Below, piece after piece: positions 1 to 9,325 of a DNA stretch of 64,000 bases. The DNA is taken from the NCBI GenBank assembly GCA_934098705.1, contig CAKOPC010000002.1:250681-314680 (forward strand), written 5' to 3'. The DNA comes from an uncultured Bacilli bacterium (GTDB lineage Bacteria; Bacillota_I; Bacilli_A; RF39; UBA660). Below the pieces are notes generated by a model that was given only the letters and a program-made list of their open reading frames with translations, did not search any database and was not told the origin of the DNA. Every line of letters starts with the position of its first letter. Position 1 is the first letter of the stretch. The translations under genes were made by a program, and so were the position numbers.

Positions 1-380
1 TATTTAATGACAGTGTATTTTCTAAAAACTTCACTGAACACGATAAAGACTTAATCAGGATGGCAATAATTCTACATGATGGTCTAAAAAAAGGAAAACT
101 TGAAAGTACGTATACATGTTTTAATCATCCTTTATTAATGGCAAATTTTATAAAAGAACAAAGTGGCAATTTAAAATCAAGTGAAGCTGATATAGAAACA
201 GTTGCAAGACTTATAAGAAGCCATATGGGACCTTGGAATATTGATAGATTTGGCAATAGTTTACCTGTTCCAGAAAAGGAAGATGAAAAATTTGTACATT
301 TATGCGACTATTTAGCATCAAGAAACTTTTTAAATGTCAGCTTTGATAAAAATGAAATAATAGATAGTGCAAGAAGATAA
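1..380 (+). CDS. HD-domain phosphohydrolase, C-terminal part (5' end lies outside the window)
   Basis: The frame of ORF 60..380 stays open back to nt 3. The translation ...EHDKDLIRMAIILHDG... has an H...HD signature. A terminator follows. Confidence 0.55.
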   Translation, partial: FNDSVFSKNFTEHDKDLIRMAIILHDGLKKGKLESTYTCFNHPLLMANFIKEQSGNLKSSEADIETVARLIRSHMGPWNIDRFGNSLPVPEKEDEKFVHLCDYLASRNFLNVSFDKNEIIDSARR

Positions 381-381
381 A

Positions 382-408
382 AAGATATAAAAAAATTATA
401 TCTTTTTT
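382..408 (+). terminator. intrinsic terminator
   Basis: Stem AAGATATAA / TTATATCTT with an AAAAA loop, followed by a T-run. Confidence 0.6.
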
Positions 409-477
409 AAATACTATAGAAAAAAATAGTATTTTAAGGTATAATTTAGGTATACAAATGTTTGATGGAGGAATATT

Positions 478-1564
478 ATGGAAAAAAATGAACTAAAACA
501 AACTTATGAAACTTATTTAAGCAAATTGCAAGATTTATGGAGGATACTTTGACGTAGATGGCAAAGAAAATGAACTTTTAGAAGTTAATAAATCTTTACA
601 ACAAGATAATATTTGGGAGAATAAAACACTAAGTAATAATTTAGTAAAACAAAAATCATATTTAGAAAAAATAATAAACAATGTAAAAAATATAAAAAAT
701 AAAATAACAAATAATTTATCTCTTATAGATGATTTAGAAGATGAAGAAGAGTTATATGAATTACTTGAGGAAGAAAGTGCTAAAATAAATGATGATTTAT
801 CAAAACTAGAAATAGAAACCTTATTTAGTGGAAAATACGATAATAATGATTGTATATTTGAACTTCATGCAGGAGCTGGGGGAACTGAGGCTTGTGATTG
901 GACCTCTATGCTTTATAGAATGTATCAAAGATATTTTGAGCAAAAAAATTATAAAACAACTATCATAGATATTCAGTATGGTGATGAAGTTGGTATAAAA
1001 AATGTAACTATGTTAGTAGAAGGAACATATGCTTATGGCTATTTAAAGTGTGAAAAAGGGGTGCATAGACTTGTTAGATTATCTCCATTTGATGCTAATC
1101 ATAAAAGACATACATCATTTTCTGCTGTTACAGTATCACCTCTTATAGAAGATGCCAATGATATAGAAATAAATCCAAGTGATTTAAAAATTGATGTATA
1201 TCACTCAAGTGGTGCAGGAGGACAAAGCGTAAATACAACAGATAGTGCTGTTAGAATAACCCATTTACCAACTAAAATAGTTGTAACATGTCAAAATGAA
1301 AGAAGTCAGCAACAAAATAAGGCTAAAGCACTTGAAATATTAAAAAGTAAATTAAAAATGATAGAAGAAGAAAAAAAGGAGGCAGAATTAAATAATTTAA
1401 AACAAAATGATAAACATATAGAATTTGGTTCACAAATAAGAAGTTATGTTATGCATCCATATTCTATGGTAAAGGACCATCGTACAAATATTGAAACAAG
1501 TAATGTATCCGGTGTACTTGATGGCAATTTAGATATGTTTGTTTTAGGATATTTAAAGAAGTAG
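478..1564 (+). CDS. prfB: peptide chain release factor 2, with programmed +1 frameshift
   Basis: Frame 0 runs from ATG 478 (MEKNELKQTYETYLSKLQDLWRIL) to in-frame TGA 550-552. The +1 frame from GAC 551 joins ORF 908..1564. SPF and GGQ motifs are present. Confidence 0.9.
539..553 (+). promoter_or_regulatory. prfB +1 frameshift site (SD-like GGAGG, 3-nt spacer, CTT TGA C)
   Basis: The sequence GGAGG ATA CTT TGA C has the same architecture as the classical RF2 autoregulatory site. Confidence 0.85.
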
Positions 1565-1565
1565 T

Positions 1566-2423
1566 ATGGAAAGTATCATAAAGAAGATTTATAAAAAAAA
1601 TAGAATTATAAGATATATAGAATTAATTATAGGTATAACAATTATGGCTATATCATTTAACTTATTTATATCACCAAATAATATTGTATTTGGGGGATTA
1701 ACAGGACTTAGTGTTATAGCAACAAAATTTATAAATATTGATGTATCCTTATTTATCTTTATCTGTTCTGTTATATGTATTATTTTATCGATTATTTTTC
1801 TTGATAAAGAAACCACATTACATGCCATATTTGGTTCCATTTTATTACCTATTTTAATAAAGATAACAGAAAACATATCTGTAATATTAAAAATAGATAC
1901 TAGTGATAAATTACTTCTTGCTATATTTGGTGGTGTTTTATATGGATTTGGCTTAGGACTTGTATTTAAGGCAGGTTATACAGCAGGAGGAACTGATATA
2001 ATAAATAAAATAATGAGTAAATATTTTAAAATAACAATGGGTACATCAATGCTTATGGTGGATGGTCTTATTGTTTTATCAGGAGCCTTTATCTTTGGTT
2101 GGACTAAATTTATGTACGCTATAGTAGTTTTATATATAGTAAGTATAATGGCAGATAGAGTATTAATTGGAGTATCTAATGCTAAGGCTTTTTACATAAT
2201 AACAGAAAATCCAAATAAAGTAGCGGAATACGTAATAAATGAACTTAATCATAGTGTAACAGAAATAAAAGCTAAGGGTTTATATACAGAAGCCAAAACG
2301 ACTGTATTATTTACTGTTATTCCAACTAAAGAATATTATAAATTTAAAGAAGGAATAAAAGAAATAGACAAAAATGCTTTTATTACAGTAATAGATGCCT
2401 ATGAAGTTTTAGGTGGAGAATAA
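1566..2423 (+). CDS. YitT-family membrane protein (multi-TM with C-terminal DUF2179-like domain)
   Basis: 285 aa. Contains NIVFGGLTGLS and GYTAGGTD motifs and a soluble C-terminal ~80 aa. Family assigned from memory. Confidence 0.65.
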   Translation: MESIIKKIYKKNRIIRYIELIIGITIMAISFNLFISPNNIVFGGLTGLSVIATKFINIDVSLFIFICSVICIILSIIFLDKETTLHAIFGSILLPILIKITENISVILKIDTSDKLLLAIFGGVLYGFGLGLVFKAGYTAGGTDIINKIMSKYFKITMGTSMLMVDGLIVLSGAFIFGWTKFMYAIVVLYIVSIMADRVLIGVSNAKAFYIITENPNKVAEYVINELNHSVTEIKAKGLYTEAKTTVLFTVIPTKEYYKFKEGIKEIDKNAFITVIDAYEVLGGE

Positions 2424-3307
2424 TGAATAATAGTATATTAAACAAAATTTTATCAAAAGATATAATAAAGAGATATTCTCTTTTTGCTCTATCACTATTA
2501 ATATCTGCGATAAATTATAATCTTTTTATATTACCATGTAATATAGTACTTGGAGGAACAAGTGGTATAGCAACTATTTTAAATTATGCCTTTTCTCTTG
2601 ACCCTTCATTAGTTTTATTTTTGCTCTATTTCATACTACTTATCGTATCATATATATATCTTGACATTGAAGACACAAAAGCTGCCTTATTTATAACAAT
2701 AGTTTATCCATTAATGGTAAAAGTAACTGAAGGATTAGTAGATATATTTTTATTTGATAAAAGCAATATTTTATTGTTTGCTATAATTGGAGGAATACTA
2801 AATGGTGCAACAAATGGCGTTGTATATAAACTAGGATTAAATACTGGAGGAATTGGTATTTTATCAAAAGTAATTGCTAACAAGCGTAAAAAATCAGTAT
2901 CAAGAATAAGCCTTATAATGAATATAATAATAGTTTTAATAGGATGGTATTTTCTTGGTATAAATATTGTATTGTATTCATGTATTACTCTTTATATTAC
3001 AGACTATATGGGTGAAAAGGTATTAGTAGGAATAAGTAATAATAAAGCATTTTATATAATAAGTAAGCATTATGATAAAATAAATTCCTTTATAACAGAT
3101 GTTTTGCATCATGATGCAACTATTTTTAATGTTAAAGGAAAATATAATGATAACAGTTTAAAAATGGTATTTGTTGTTGTACCAACAAGTGAATATTTTA
3201 TGCTTAAGGAACAAATTAAAATGATAGATAGTAAAGCATTTGTAACTATTACAGATACTTATGAAATAAAAGGACAAGATGTAAAGATTAACACCAAAAA
3301 CTATTAA
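2423..3307 (+). CDS. YitT-family membrane protein, tandem paralogue
   Basis: 294 aa with the same layout as the upstream gene (NIVLGGTSGIA, NTGGIG). Start overlaps the upstream stop. Confidence 0.65.
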   Translation: MNNSILNKILSKDIIKRYSLFALSLLISAINYNLFILPCNIVLGGTSGIATILNYAFSLDPSLVLFLLYFILLIVSYIYLDIEDTKAALFITIVYPLMVKVTEGLVDIFLFDKSNILLFAIIGGILNGATNGVVYKLGLNTGGIGILSKVIANKRKKSVSRISLIMNIIIVLIGWYFLGINIVLYSCITLYITDYMGEKVLVGISNNKAFYIISKHYDKINSFITDVLHHDATIFNVKGKYNDNSLKMVFVVVPTSEYFMLKEQIKMIDSKAFVTITDTYEIKGQDVKINTKNY

Positions 3308-3383
3308 ATATCTTAAAAAGCATTAAAATAAATATTTAAATATGATATAATAATAAATAGTTAAGATTCTATAGGAGGTATTT

Positions 3384-4082
3384 ATGGACTTAATAACAAT
3401 GAAAAATGTTTATAAGACTTATCCAAATGGAGTAGGCGCAATATATGATTTAAGTCTTTCAATAGAAAAAGGAGAATTTGTCTTTATAATTGGAGGCTCA
3501 GGTTCTGGAAAATCAACTCTTATAAAAATGTTATATAGAGAAGAAAAGCCAACTAGAGGAGAAATAGTAATGGGAGGCGTTAGGGTTGCTAAATTAAAAA
3601 ACTCTAAAGTATATCAACTAAGAAGAAAAATAGGAGTAGTTTTCCAAGATTACAAATTATTACCAAAACTTACAGTATATGAAAATGTTGCCTTTGCACT
3701 TGAAGTAACTGGAGCAGACACATCATCAATAAGAGAAAGAGTTTTAGAAGTATTAGATAAAGTAGGATTAAAACATAAAGCTAAAAGTTATCCAGATAAA
3801 TTAAGTGGAGGGGAACAACAAAGAGTAGCTATAGCAAGAGCTATAGCAAACTCTCCTAAAATATTAATTTGTGATGAACCAACAGGTAACCTTGATCCAG
3901 AAATAAGTATGGAAATAATGGCAATATTAAAAAAGATTAACGAAGAATTAGGAACAACAATACTTATGGTTACACATGATATTGATATTGTTAAAAAAAT
4001 GAAAAAAAGAGTTCTTGTCTTAAAAGAAGGAAGATTAGTAAAAGATTATAAGGAAGGAACATTTAAACATGAAGAGTTTTAG
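3384..4082 (+). CDS. ftsE: cell-division ABC ATPase FtsE
   Basis: Walker [10 protein letters not shown], signature LSGGEQQRV, Walker [13 protein letters not shown]. Overlaps the downstream ftsX. Confidence 0.9.
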   Translation: MDLITMKNVYKTYPNGVGAIYDLSLSIEKGEFVFIIGGSGSGKSTLIKMLYREEKPTRGEIVMGGVRVAKLKNSKVYQLRRKIGVVFQDYKLLPKLTVYENVAFALEVTGADTSSIRERVLEVLDKVGLKHKAKSYPDKLSGGEQQRVAIARAIANSPKILICDEPTGNLDPEISMEIMAILKKINEELGTTILMVTHDIDIVKKMKKRVLVLKEGRLVKDYKEGTFKHEEF

Positions 4083-4968
4083 AATGACTATTAGAAGCTT
4101 TAGAGATGCTTTTAAAAGTGTAGTTAGAAATTTTAGTTTATCTCTAGCATCAATTACATGTATAACAATAACCCTAATAATTATAGCAGCATCCTTTTTA
4201 ATAAGTGAAAACGTTAGAAACTTTACAACATTAATAGAAAAAGATGTAACTATTGTAGCATTTTTAGATAATGATACAACTGAATTAGACAGAGAAAATT
4301 TTGAAGACAACTTAAAGAAAATGGATAACATTGATTATTACAACTATACATCAAAACAAGAAGTAAAAGATAATATGGCTAAAGACTATGAAAGTTTAAA
4401 AGATGTATTAGATAACTGGGATAATACTGAAAATCCCCTTAAAGATACATATACAATAAAGGTTATAGATGTAAATAATATAAGAAAGACGGCAGAAGAA
4501 ATAAAAGCTCTTGATAAAGTATCAAGCGTACAATATGGTGAAGGATTAGTAGAAAAAATGCTTAGTGCATTTAGAGCAGTTGAAAAAATTACTTTGATTG
4601 CAGCCCTTGCCCTTGTTGTTGTAACTATATTCTTAATTATTAATACTATAAAACTTACAATATTTTCAAGAAAACAAGAAATATATATTATGCGTCTTGT
4701 TGGAGCATCAAATATGAGAATAAAATTACCATTTGTAATTGAAGGTATTGTACTTGGAATAATAGGATCATTTATACCAATAATAGTTATAATTTATGGT
4801 TATATGGCACTTTATAATAAAATGGGTGGAGTACTTTTCTCATCACTTATAAAACTTGTAAAACCAGTACCATTTGTATTTAATTTATCAGTTGTTGTTT
4901 TATGTATTGGAGTGCTTGTTGGTATGGTAGGAAGTTCAAGAGCAGTAAGGAGGTATGTTAAAATATAA
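4069..4968 (+). CDS. ftsX: cell-division permease-like protein FtsX
   Basis: 299 aa with one TM, an extracellular domain and three C-terminal TMs. 14-nt overlap with ftsE. Confidence 0.85.
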   Translation: MKSFRMTIRSFRDAFKSVVRNFSLSLASITCITITLIIIAASFLISENVRNFTTLIEKDVTIVAFLDNDTTELDRENFEDNLKKMDNIDYYNYTSKQEVKDNMAKDYESLKDVLDNWDNTENPLKDTYTIKVIDVNNIRKTAEEIKALDKVSSVQYGEGLVEKMLSAFRAVEKITLIAALALVVVTIFLIINTIKLTIFSRKQEIYIMRLVGASNMRIKLPFVIEGIVLGIIGSFIPIIVIIYGYMALYNKMGGVLFSSLIKLVKPVPFVFNLSVVVLCIGVLVGMVGSSRAVRRYVKI

Positions 4969-6131
4969 TGAAGTATGTTAAAACACTTCTTTTGCTATTA
5001 ACAATATTTCTAACATTTAGTATATCAAATATAAATGTTAATGCTCTTACTATAAATGATTACCAAAGAGAACTTGATAAATTAAAAGAAGAAAAAAGAA
5101 AACAAGAAGAAGCTGATGAAAAAGTAAAACAAGAAATAGAGCAAAAAAAGCAAGAGATGGCACAAGTAAATGAAAAGATAAAACAAGCAACAAATGATAT
5201 TGCAGACAAAGAAAAAGAGATAAAAGATTATGAGGGTAAAATTGAAGTTAAAGAAGAACAAATAAAAGACTTAGTTTCCTTTTTACAAATATCAAATAGT
5301 GAAAACTTTTATTTAAAATATATTTTTGGAGCAGAAAGTTTTACTGACTTAATATATCGTATTTCAGTTGTAGAACAGTTAACAACAAAGAGTAATGAAC
5401 TAATTGCTGAAATGTCAAATCTTATAAAAGAAAATAAGCAAAATATTGAAGAATTAGAAAATAAAAAAGTAGAATTAAATAAACTTAATAGAGAAATACT
5501 TGATAAGATATCATCACTTGGAAAAGAAAGAGATAGTTTCTTTGATGAAGTAGAAAGTATAGACGAACAAATATCTATAGCAGAAAAACAAATAAAACAA
5601 TATCGTGATTTAGGATGTAAAGATAATGAAGAGTTAAGTACTTGTACTAGTTTAATTCCTTCATCAAGTGGTTTTATAAGACCAGTAAAGTCAGGAATAA
5701 TAACTGATGATTATGGTTGGAGAGTTGATCCATGTGCTGTTTGTAGTGATTTCCATAAAGGTATGGATATTGGTGGAAATAGTGAAGGAACCCCAGTGCT
5801 TGCATCAGCTGCCGGAAAAGTTGTAAATATTGCTAAATATAGTTGTGGTGGTAAAGTATTAACAATAGATCACAATATAAATGGTGTAAGTTATGCAACA
5901 AGATACTGGCACTTATACGAAATAGATGTAAATGTTGGAGACTTTGTCGTTCAAGGTCAACAAGTTGCTAAAGTAGGAGGAGGTAATACACTATATTACG
6001 ATCCATGTTCTACTGGAGCCCACTTACACTTTGAAGTTTTAGAGGGACATTACTTTGCTGCAACATATTTAGATCAAGTAAGAAATCCAAGAGACTATGT
6101 TAATTTCCCAGCATATGATGTGTGGTGGTAA
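4968..6131 (+). CDS. coiled-coil M23 (LytM) peptidoglycan hydrolase, likely FtsEX partner
   Basis: Signal peptide, long K/E coiled coil, and M23 motifs HKGMDIG and AHLHFEV. Start overlaps the ftsX stop. Confidence 0.8.
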   Translation: MKYVKTLLLLLTIFLTFSISNINVNALTINDYQRELDKLKEEKRKQEEADEKVKQEIEQKKQEMAQVNEKIKQATNDIADKEKEIKDYEGKIEVKEEQIKDLVSFLQISNSENFYLKYIFGAESFTDLIYRISVVEQLTTKSNELIAEMSNLIKENKQNIEELENKKVELNKLNREILDKISSLGKERDSFFDEVESIDEQISIAEKQIKQYRDLGCKDNEELSTCTSLIPSSSGFIRPVKSGIITDDYGWRVDPCAVCSDFHKGMDIGGNSEGTPVLASAAGKVVNIAKYSCGGKVLTIDHNINGVSYATRYWHLYEIDVNVGDFVVQGQQVAKVGGGNTLYYDPCSTGAHLHFEVLEGHYFAATYLDQVRNPRDYVNFPAYDVWW

Positions 6132-6133
6132 AA

Positions 6134-6157
6134 AGTTACAATTTAGTAACTTTTTTT
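6134..6157 (+). terminator. intrinsic terminator
   Basis: Stem AGTTAC / GTAACT followed by a T-run. Confidence 0.6.
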
Positions 6158-6234
6158 AATTTTTATAAAAATTATTAGTAATATTTATAAAAGTGTGTTA
6201 AAATAAGTACATAAAAAGGAAGTGTTATACAAAA

Positions 6235-7719
6235 ATGAGAGAAATAACAGAACAAGAACAAGTAAGAAGAGATAAATTAAAAGAAATAAAGAACCCTTAT
6301 CCAGAAAGGTATGAAACAAATTATTCTTTAAAAGAAGCTAGTGTTTTAGAAGATGGTACAAAGGATGTTTCAGTTGCAGGACGTATTGTATTAATGAGAA
6401 AAATGGGAAAATTATCATTTTTAACAATAGGGGATATTGAAGGCAGAATACAAATATGCATGAAACAAGATTTATTAGGAGAAGAAAAATATAAAGAATT
6501 TAAAACTAACTTTGATATAGGTGATTTTATTGGAGTTGTTGGAGAAATATTTACAACTCAAACTGGAGAAAAAACTATAAGAGCTAGTCATTTTGAGTTC
6601 TTAGGAAAAGCTTTAAAACCTCTTCCAGAAAAATTTCATGGTTTAGTAGATCAAGAAACAATATATAGAAATAGATACATAGACCTAATAATGAATGAGG
6701 ATTCACGTAAAAAGTTCTTATTTAGATCAAAATTCATTTGGGAATTAAGAAATTATCTTAATAATATTGGTTATATAGAAATAGAAACACCTATCTTAAA
6801 TAATAAACCAAGTGGTGCAACTGCAAGACCATTTATAACACATCATAATGCTTTAGATATTGACTTATATTTAAGAATTGCTCCAGAAACATATCTTAAA
6901 AGAGCTGTTGTTGGAGGATACACAAAAGTATTTGAAATAGCAAGATGTTTTAGAAATGAAGGTATGGATTCATCACACTTACAAGATTTTACAATGATAG
7001 AAGGATATGGAGCCTATTTAAATTACAAAGATAACATGAAACTATTAAAAGACATGTTACAAACAATTATCTATAACATGTTTGGCACATTAAAAGTTAT
7101 GGTAGGAGATAAAGAGGTAGATTTATCTGGAGAATGGGAAGAAGTATCATTTAGAGATTTAATATTAAGATATGTTGATATAGATATAGATGTTTATAAC
7201 ACTAAAGAAAAATTATTAGATAGAATAAAAGAATTAAAATTAGAAATAGATAGTGAAACACCACTTGAAGATTTAGGATATGGTAATTTAGTAGATCAAC
7301 TATATAAAAAAGTAGCAAGATGTCATGTTGTAAATCCAATTTTCTTAAGTAAACATCCAATAAGCTTATCACCTCTTGCAAGAGCAAATGATGACAATAA
7401 AAATATTACAGACCGTTTCCAACTTGTTATAAATGGAGCAGAGATAATAAATGCTTACTCAGAGCTTGTTGACCCAGTAGAACAAGAAAAAAGATTACTA
7501 GAACAAGCAGCATTAAAAGAACAAGGTGATGAAGAAGCAATGCCAATGGATTATGATTATATTGATGCTATGGAATATGGTATGCCTCCAATATCAGGTT
7601 GGGGTATGGGAATTGATAGAATAGTACAATTACTAACAAATAGTGAAAATATAAAAGATTGCGTTATGTTCCCACTTATGAAACCATTAAACGATCAAAA
7701 AAAATTAGAAGATGAATAA
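6235..7719 (+). CDS. lysS: lysine--tRNA ligase (class II)
   Basis: 494 aa with an OB-fold N-terminus and class II motifs (FRNEGMD, GMGIDRIV). Confidence 0.95.
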   Translation: MREITEQEQVRRDKLKEIKNPYPERYETNYSLKEASVLEDGTKDVSVAGRIVLMRKMGKLSFLTIGDIEGRIQICMKQDLLGEEKYKEFKTNFDIGDFIGVVGEIFTTQTGEKTIRASHFEFLGKALKPLPEKFHGLVDQETIYRNRYIDLIMNEDSRKKFLFRSKFIWELRNYLNNIGYIEIETPILNNKPSGATARPFITHHNALDIDLYLRIAPETYLKRAVVGGYTKVFEIARCFRNEGMDSSHLQDFTMIEGYGAYLNYKDNMKLLKDMLQTIIYNMFGTLKVMVGDKEVDLSGEWEEVSFRDLILRYVDIDIDVYNTKEKLLDRIKELKLEIDSETPLEDLGYGNLVDQLYKKVARCHVVNPIFLSKHPISLSPLARANDDNKNITDRFQLVINGAEIINAYSELVDPVEQEKRLLEQAALKEQGDEEAMPMDYDYIDAMEYGMPPISGWGMGIDRIVQLLTNSENIKDCVMFPLMKPLNDQKKLEDE

Positions 7720-7741
7720 AATATAATATTATAACCAAAAA

Positions 7742-7774
7742 ATGCATAAAATATACAAATTTATGCATTTTTTC
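7742..7774 (+). terminator. intrinsic terminator
   Basis: Stem ATGCATAAA / TTTATGCAT followed by TTTTTT. Confidence 0.7.
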
Positions 7775-7822
7775 TTTATTTTTTGTTTAAAAAGTGTGAT
7801 AATATTTAATAGGAGGTAAAAT

Positions 7823-9232
7823 ATGAAAAAACATAATTTATTTAAAGTAGTAGGAATTGTCATATTAGCTTATGTAATCTTAACTTGGTTTGTTAATGCA
7901 TCATATTTCCAAGGAACATTACAAGGCGGTGGTAAAGCTGAGGTAGGACTTGGATATTTAATTAATATACCAGTTCAAACGCTTGGATATTTTTCATACG
8001 TATTTGTATTTATCTTAGCGGTAGGAGCATTTTATGAATTATTAAATGCAACTGGTGTATATAAAAAAGCCTTAGATACTATTGTTAAACCATTAAAGAA
8101 ACATAAACAAATAACTTTAATTGTAACAACAGTACTTATAGCTTTATTATCATCATTTACAGGATTAGAACTTGGAATGTTATTTATATTCCCATTTGTA
8201 ATATCAGTAATTATTATGCTTGGATATGATAAGATAACAGCACTTCTTGCAACATTAGGAGGAGTAGTTGTTGGTATGATAGGATCAACATATTCATACA
8301 ATTCATATGGAATAATTAATAATATTTTAGGAGTATCTTATAATGACGCTATACTTTTAAAAGTAATACTTTTAGTATTATCACTAGCTTTATTAATAGT
8401 ATTTATGCTATTACGTTTAAAATCTTTAAAGAAAGCTAAAGATTTAAATAAAGAAGCAATGGAACTTTTAACAGCAGAAGATAAACAAAGAAAAAATACA
8501 TGTCAAAAAGTATGGCCTATTATAACAATGATTTGCTTAGCATTTGTTATTTTATTACTTGGTGTAACAAACCTAAAAGATGCTTTTAATATTACTTGGT
8601 TTGATGATGCACTAACAGCAATAACTGGAGTAAAAATAGGCGACTATGCTTTATTTGATAAACTTTTAGGAGGAATAACAGCCTTTGGAACTTGGAGTGG
8701 TCCTTCTAAATTTATCTACTTTACAGGAACACTTATAGTAATAAGTATAATAACTGCTATAATATATAAAGTAAGTTTCAATGATTATATAGACTCAATA
8801 TGTAAAGGTGCTAAAGAAAATCTAAAAGCAGCAGTACTTGCAGTATGTGCTTATATGGTACTTGTAATTGCAAGTTCTTTCCCAATATTCTTAACAATTA
8901 CAAAAGCCATAACAGCAGAAAAATTTAATGTTGCAACAACAGGTATTTCAGCACTTTTAGGAAGCTTACTTTATGTTGACATTTACTACTATCCACAATA
9001 TGTATTACAATATTTTGCATCATTTAAAGATGTAGATGCAAATATATTAAGTGTATTATTTGTAAGTATATATAGTTTAGCATTAATTGCTATGCCAACT
9101 AGTGTATTACTTCTTACAACATTACAAAAGACTAATACTACTTATCCAGAATGGATAAAACAAATTTGGAAGTTGTTTGTAGGACTTTTAATATTAATAC
9201 TTGTTGTACTTGCAATATTCTATGTAATATAA
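7823..9232 (+). CDS. polytopic membrane protein, possible YfcC/DcuC-like transporter
   Basis: 469 aa with about 12 hydrophobic segments. The family guess comes only from size and topology. Confidence 0.4.
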   Translation: MKKHNLFKVVGIVILAYVILTWFVNASYFQGTLQGGGKAEVGLGYLINIPVQTLGYFSYVFVFILAVGAFYELLNATGVYKKALDTIVKPLKKHKQITLIVTTVLIALLSSFTGLELGMLFIFPFVISVIIMLGYDKITALLATLGGVVVGMIGSTYSYNSYGIINNILGVSYNDAILLKVILLVLSLALLIVFMLLRLKSLKKAKDLNKEAMELLTAEDKQRKNTCQKVWPIITMICLAFVILLLGVTNLKDAFNITWFDDALTAITGVKIGDYALFDKLLGGITAFGTWSGPSKFIYFTGTLIVISIITAIIYKVSFNDYIDSICKGAKENLKAAVLAVCAYMVLVIASSFPIFLTITKAITAEKFNVATTGISALLGSLLYVDIYYYPQYVLQYFASFKDVDANILSVLFVSIYSLALIAMPTSVLLLTTLQKTNTTYPEWIKQIWKLFVGLLILILVVLAIFYVI

Positions 9233-9236
9233 CAAA

Positions 9237-9268
9237 AATTAGTGGTTTTAAAATCACTAATTTTTTTT
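9237..9268 (+). terminator. intrinsic terminator
   Basis: Stem AATTAGTG / CACTAATT followed by a T-run. Confidence 0.65.
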
Positions 9269-9325
9269 GCATAATTTTTTTATTTTTTCCTCATTACAAA
9301 CATAGAATATTAATGGAGGAAATCT

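Noticed and set aside
1589-1876. Antisense or alternative-frame ORFs from the track: 1589..1876, 4035..4331, 7202..7387, 8032..8301, 14477..14827, 19537..19857, 19659..19844, 20807..21031, 21269..21478, 24184..24387, 25604..25861, 26922..27140, 27276..27650, 29138..29455, 30808..31122, 31002..31274, 33698..33907, 35023..35211, 38097..38423, 42837..43259, 43733..43951, 46006..46266, 49074..49259, 50677..50976, 51401..51589, 57441..57638, 58031..58216 and 61414..61662.
   Set aside because: All of them overlap confidently called genes on the other strand or frame, have biased low-complexity compositions and lack ribosome-binding sites.
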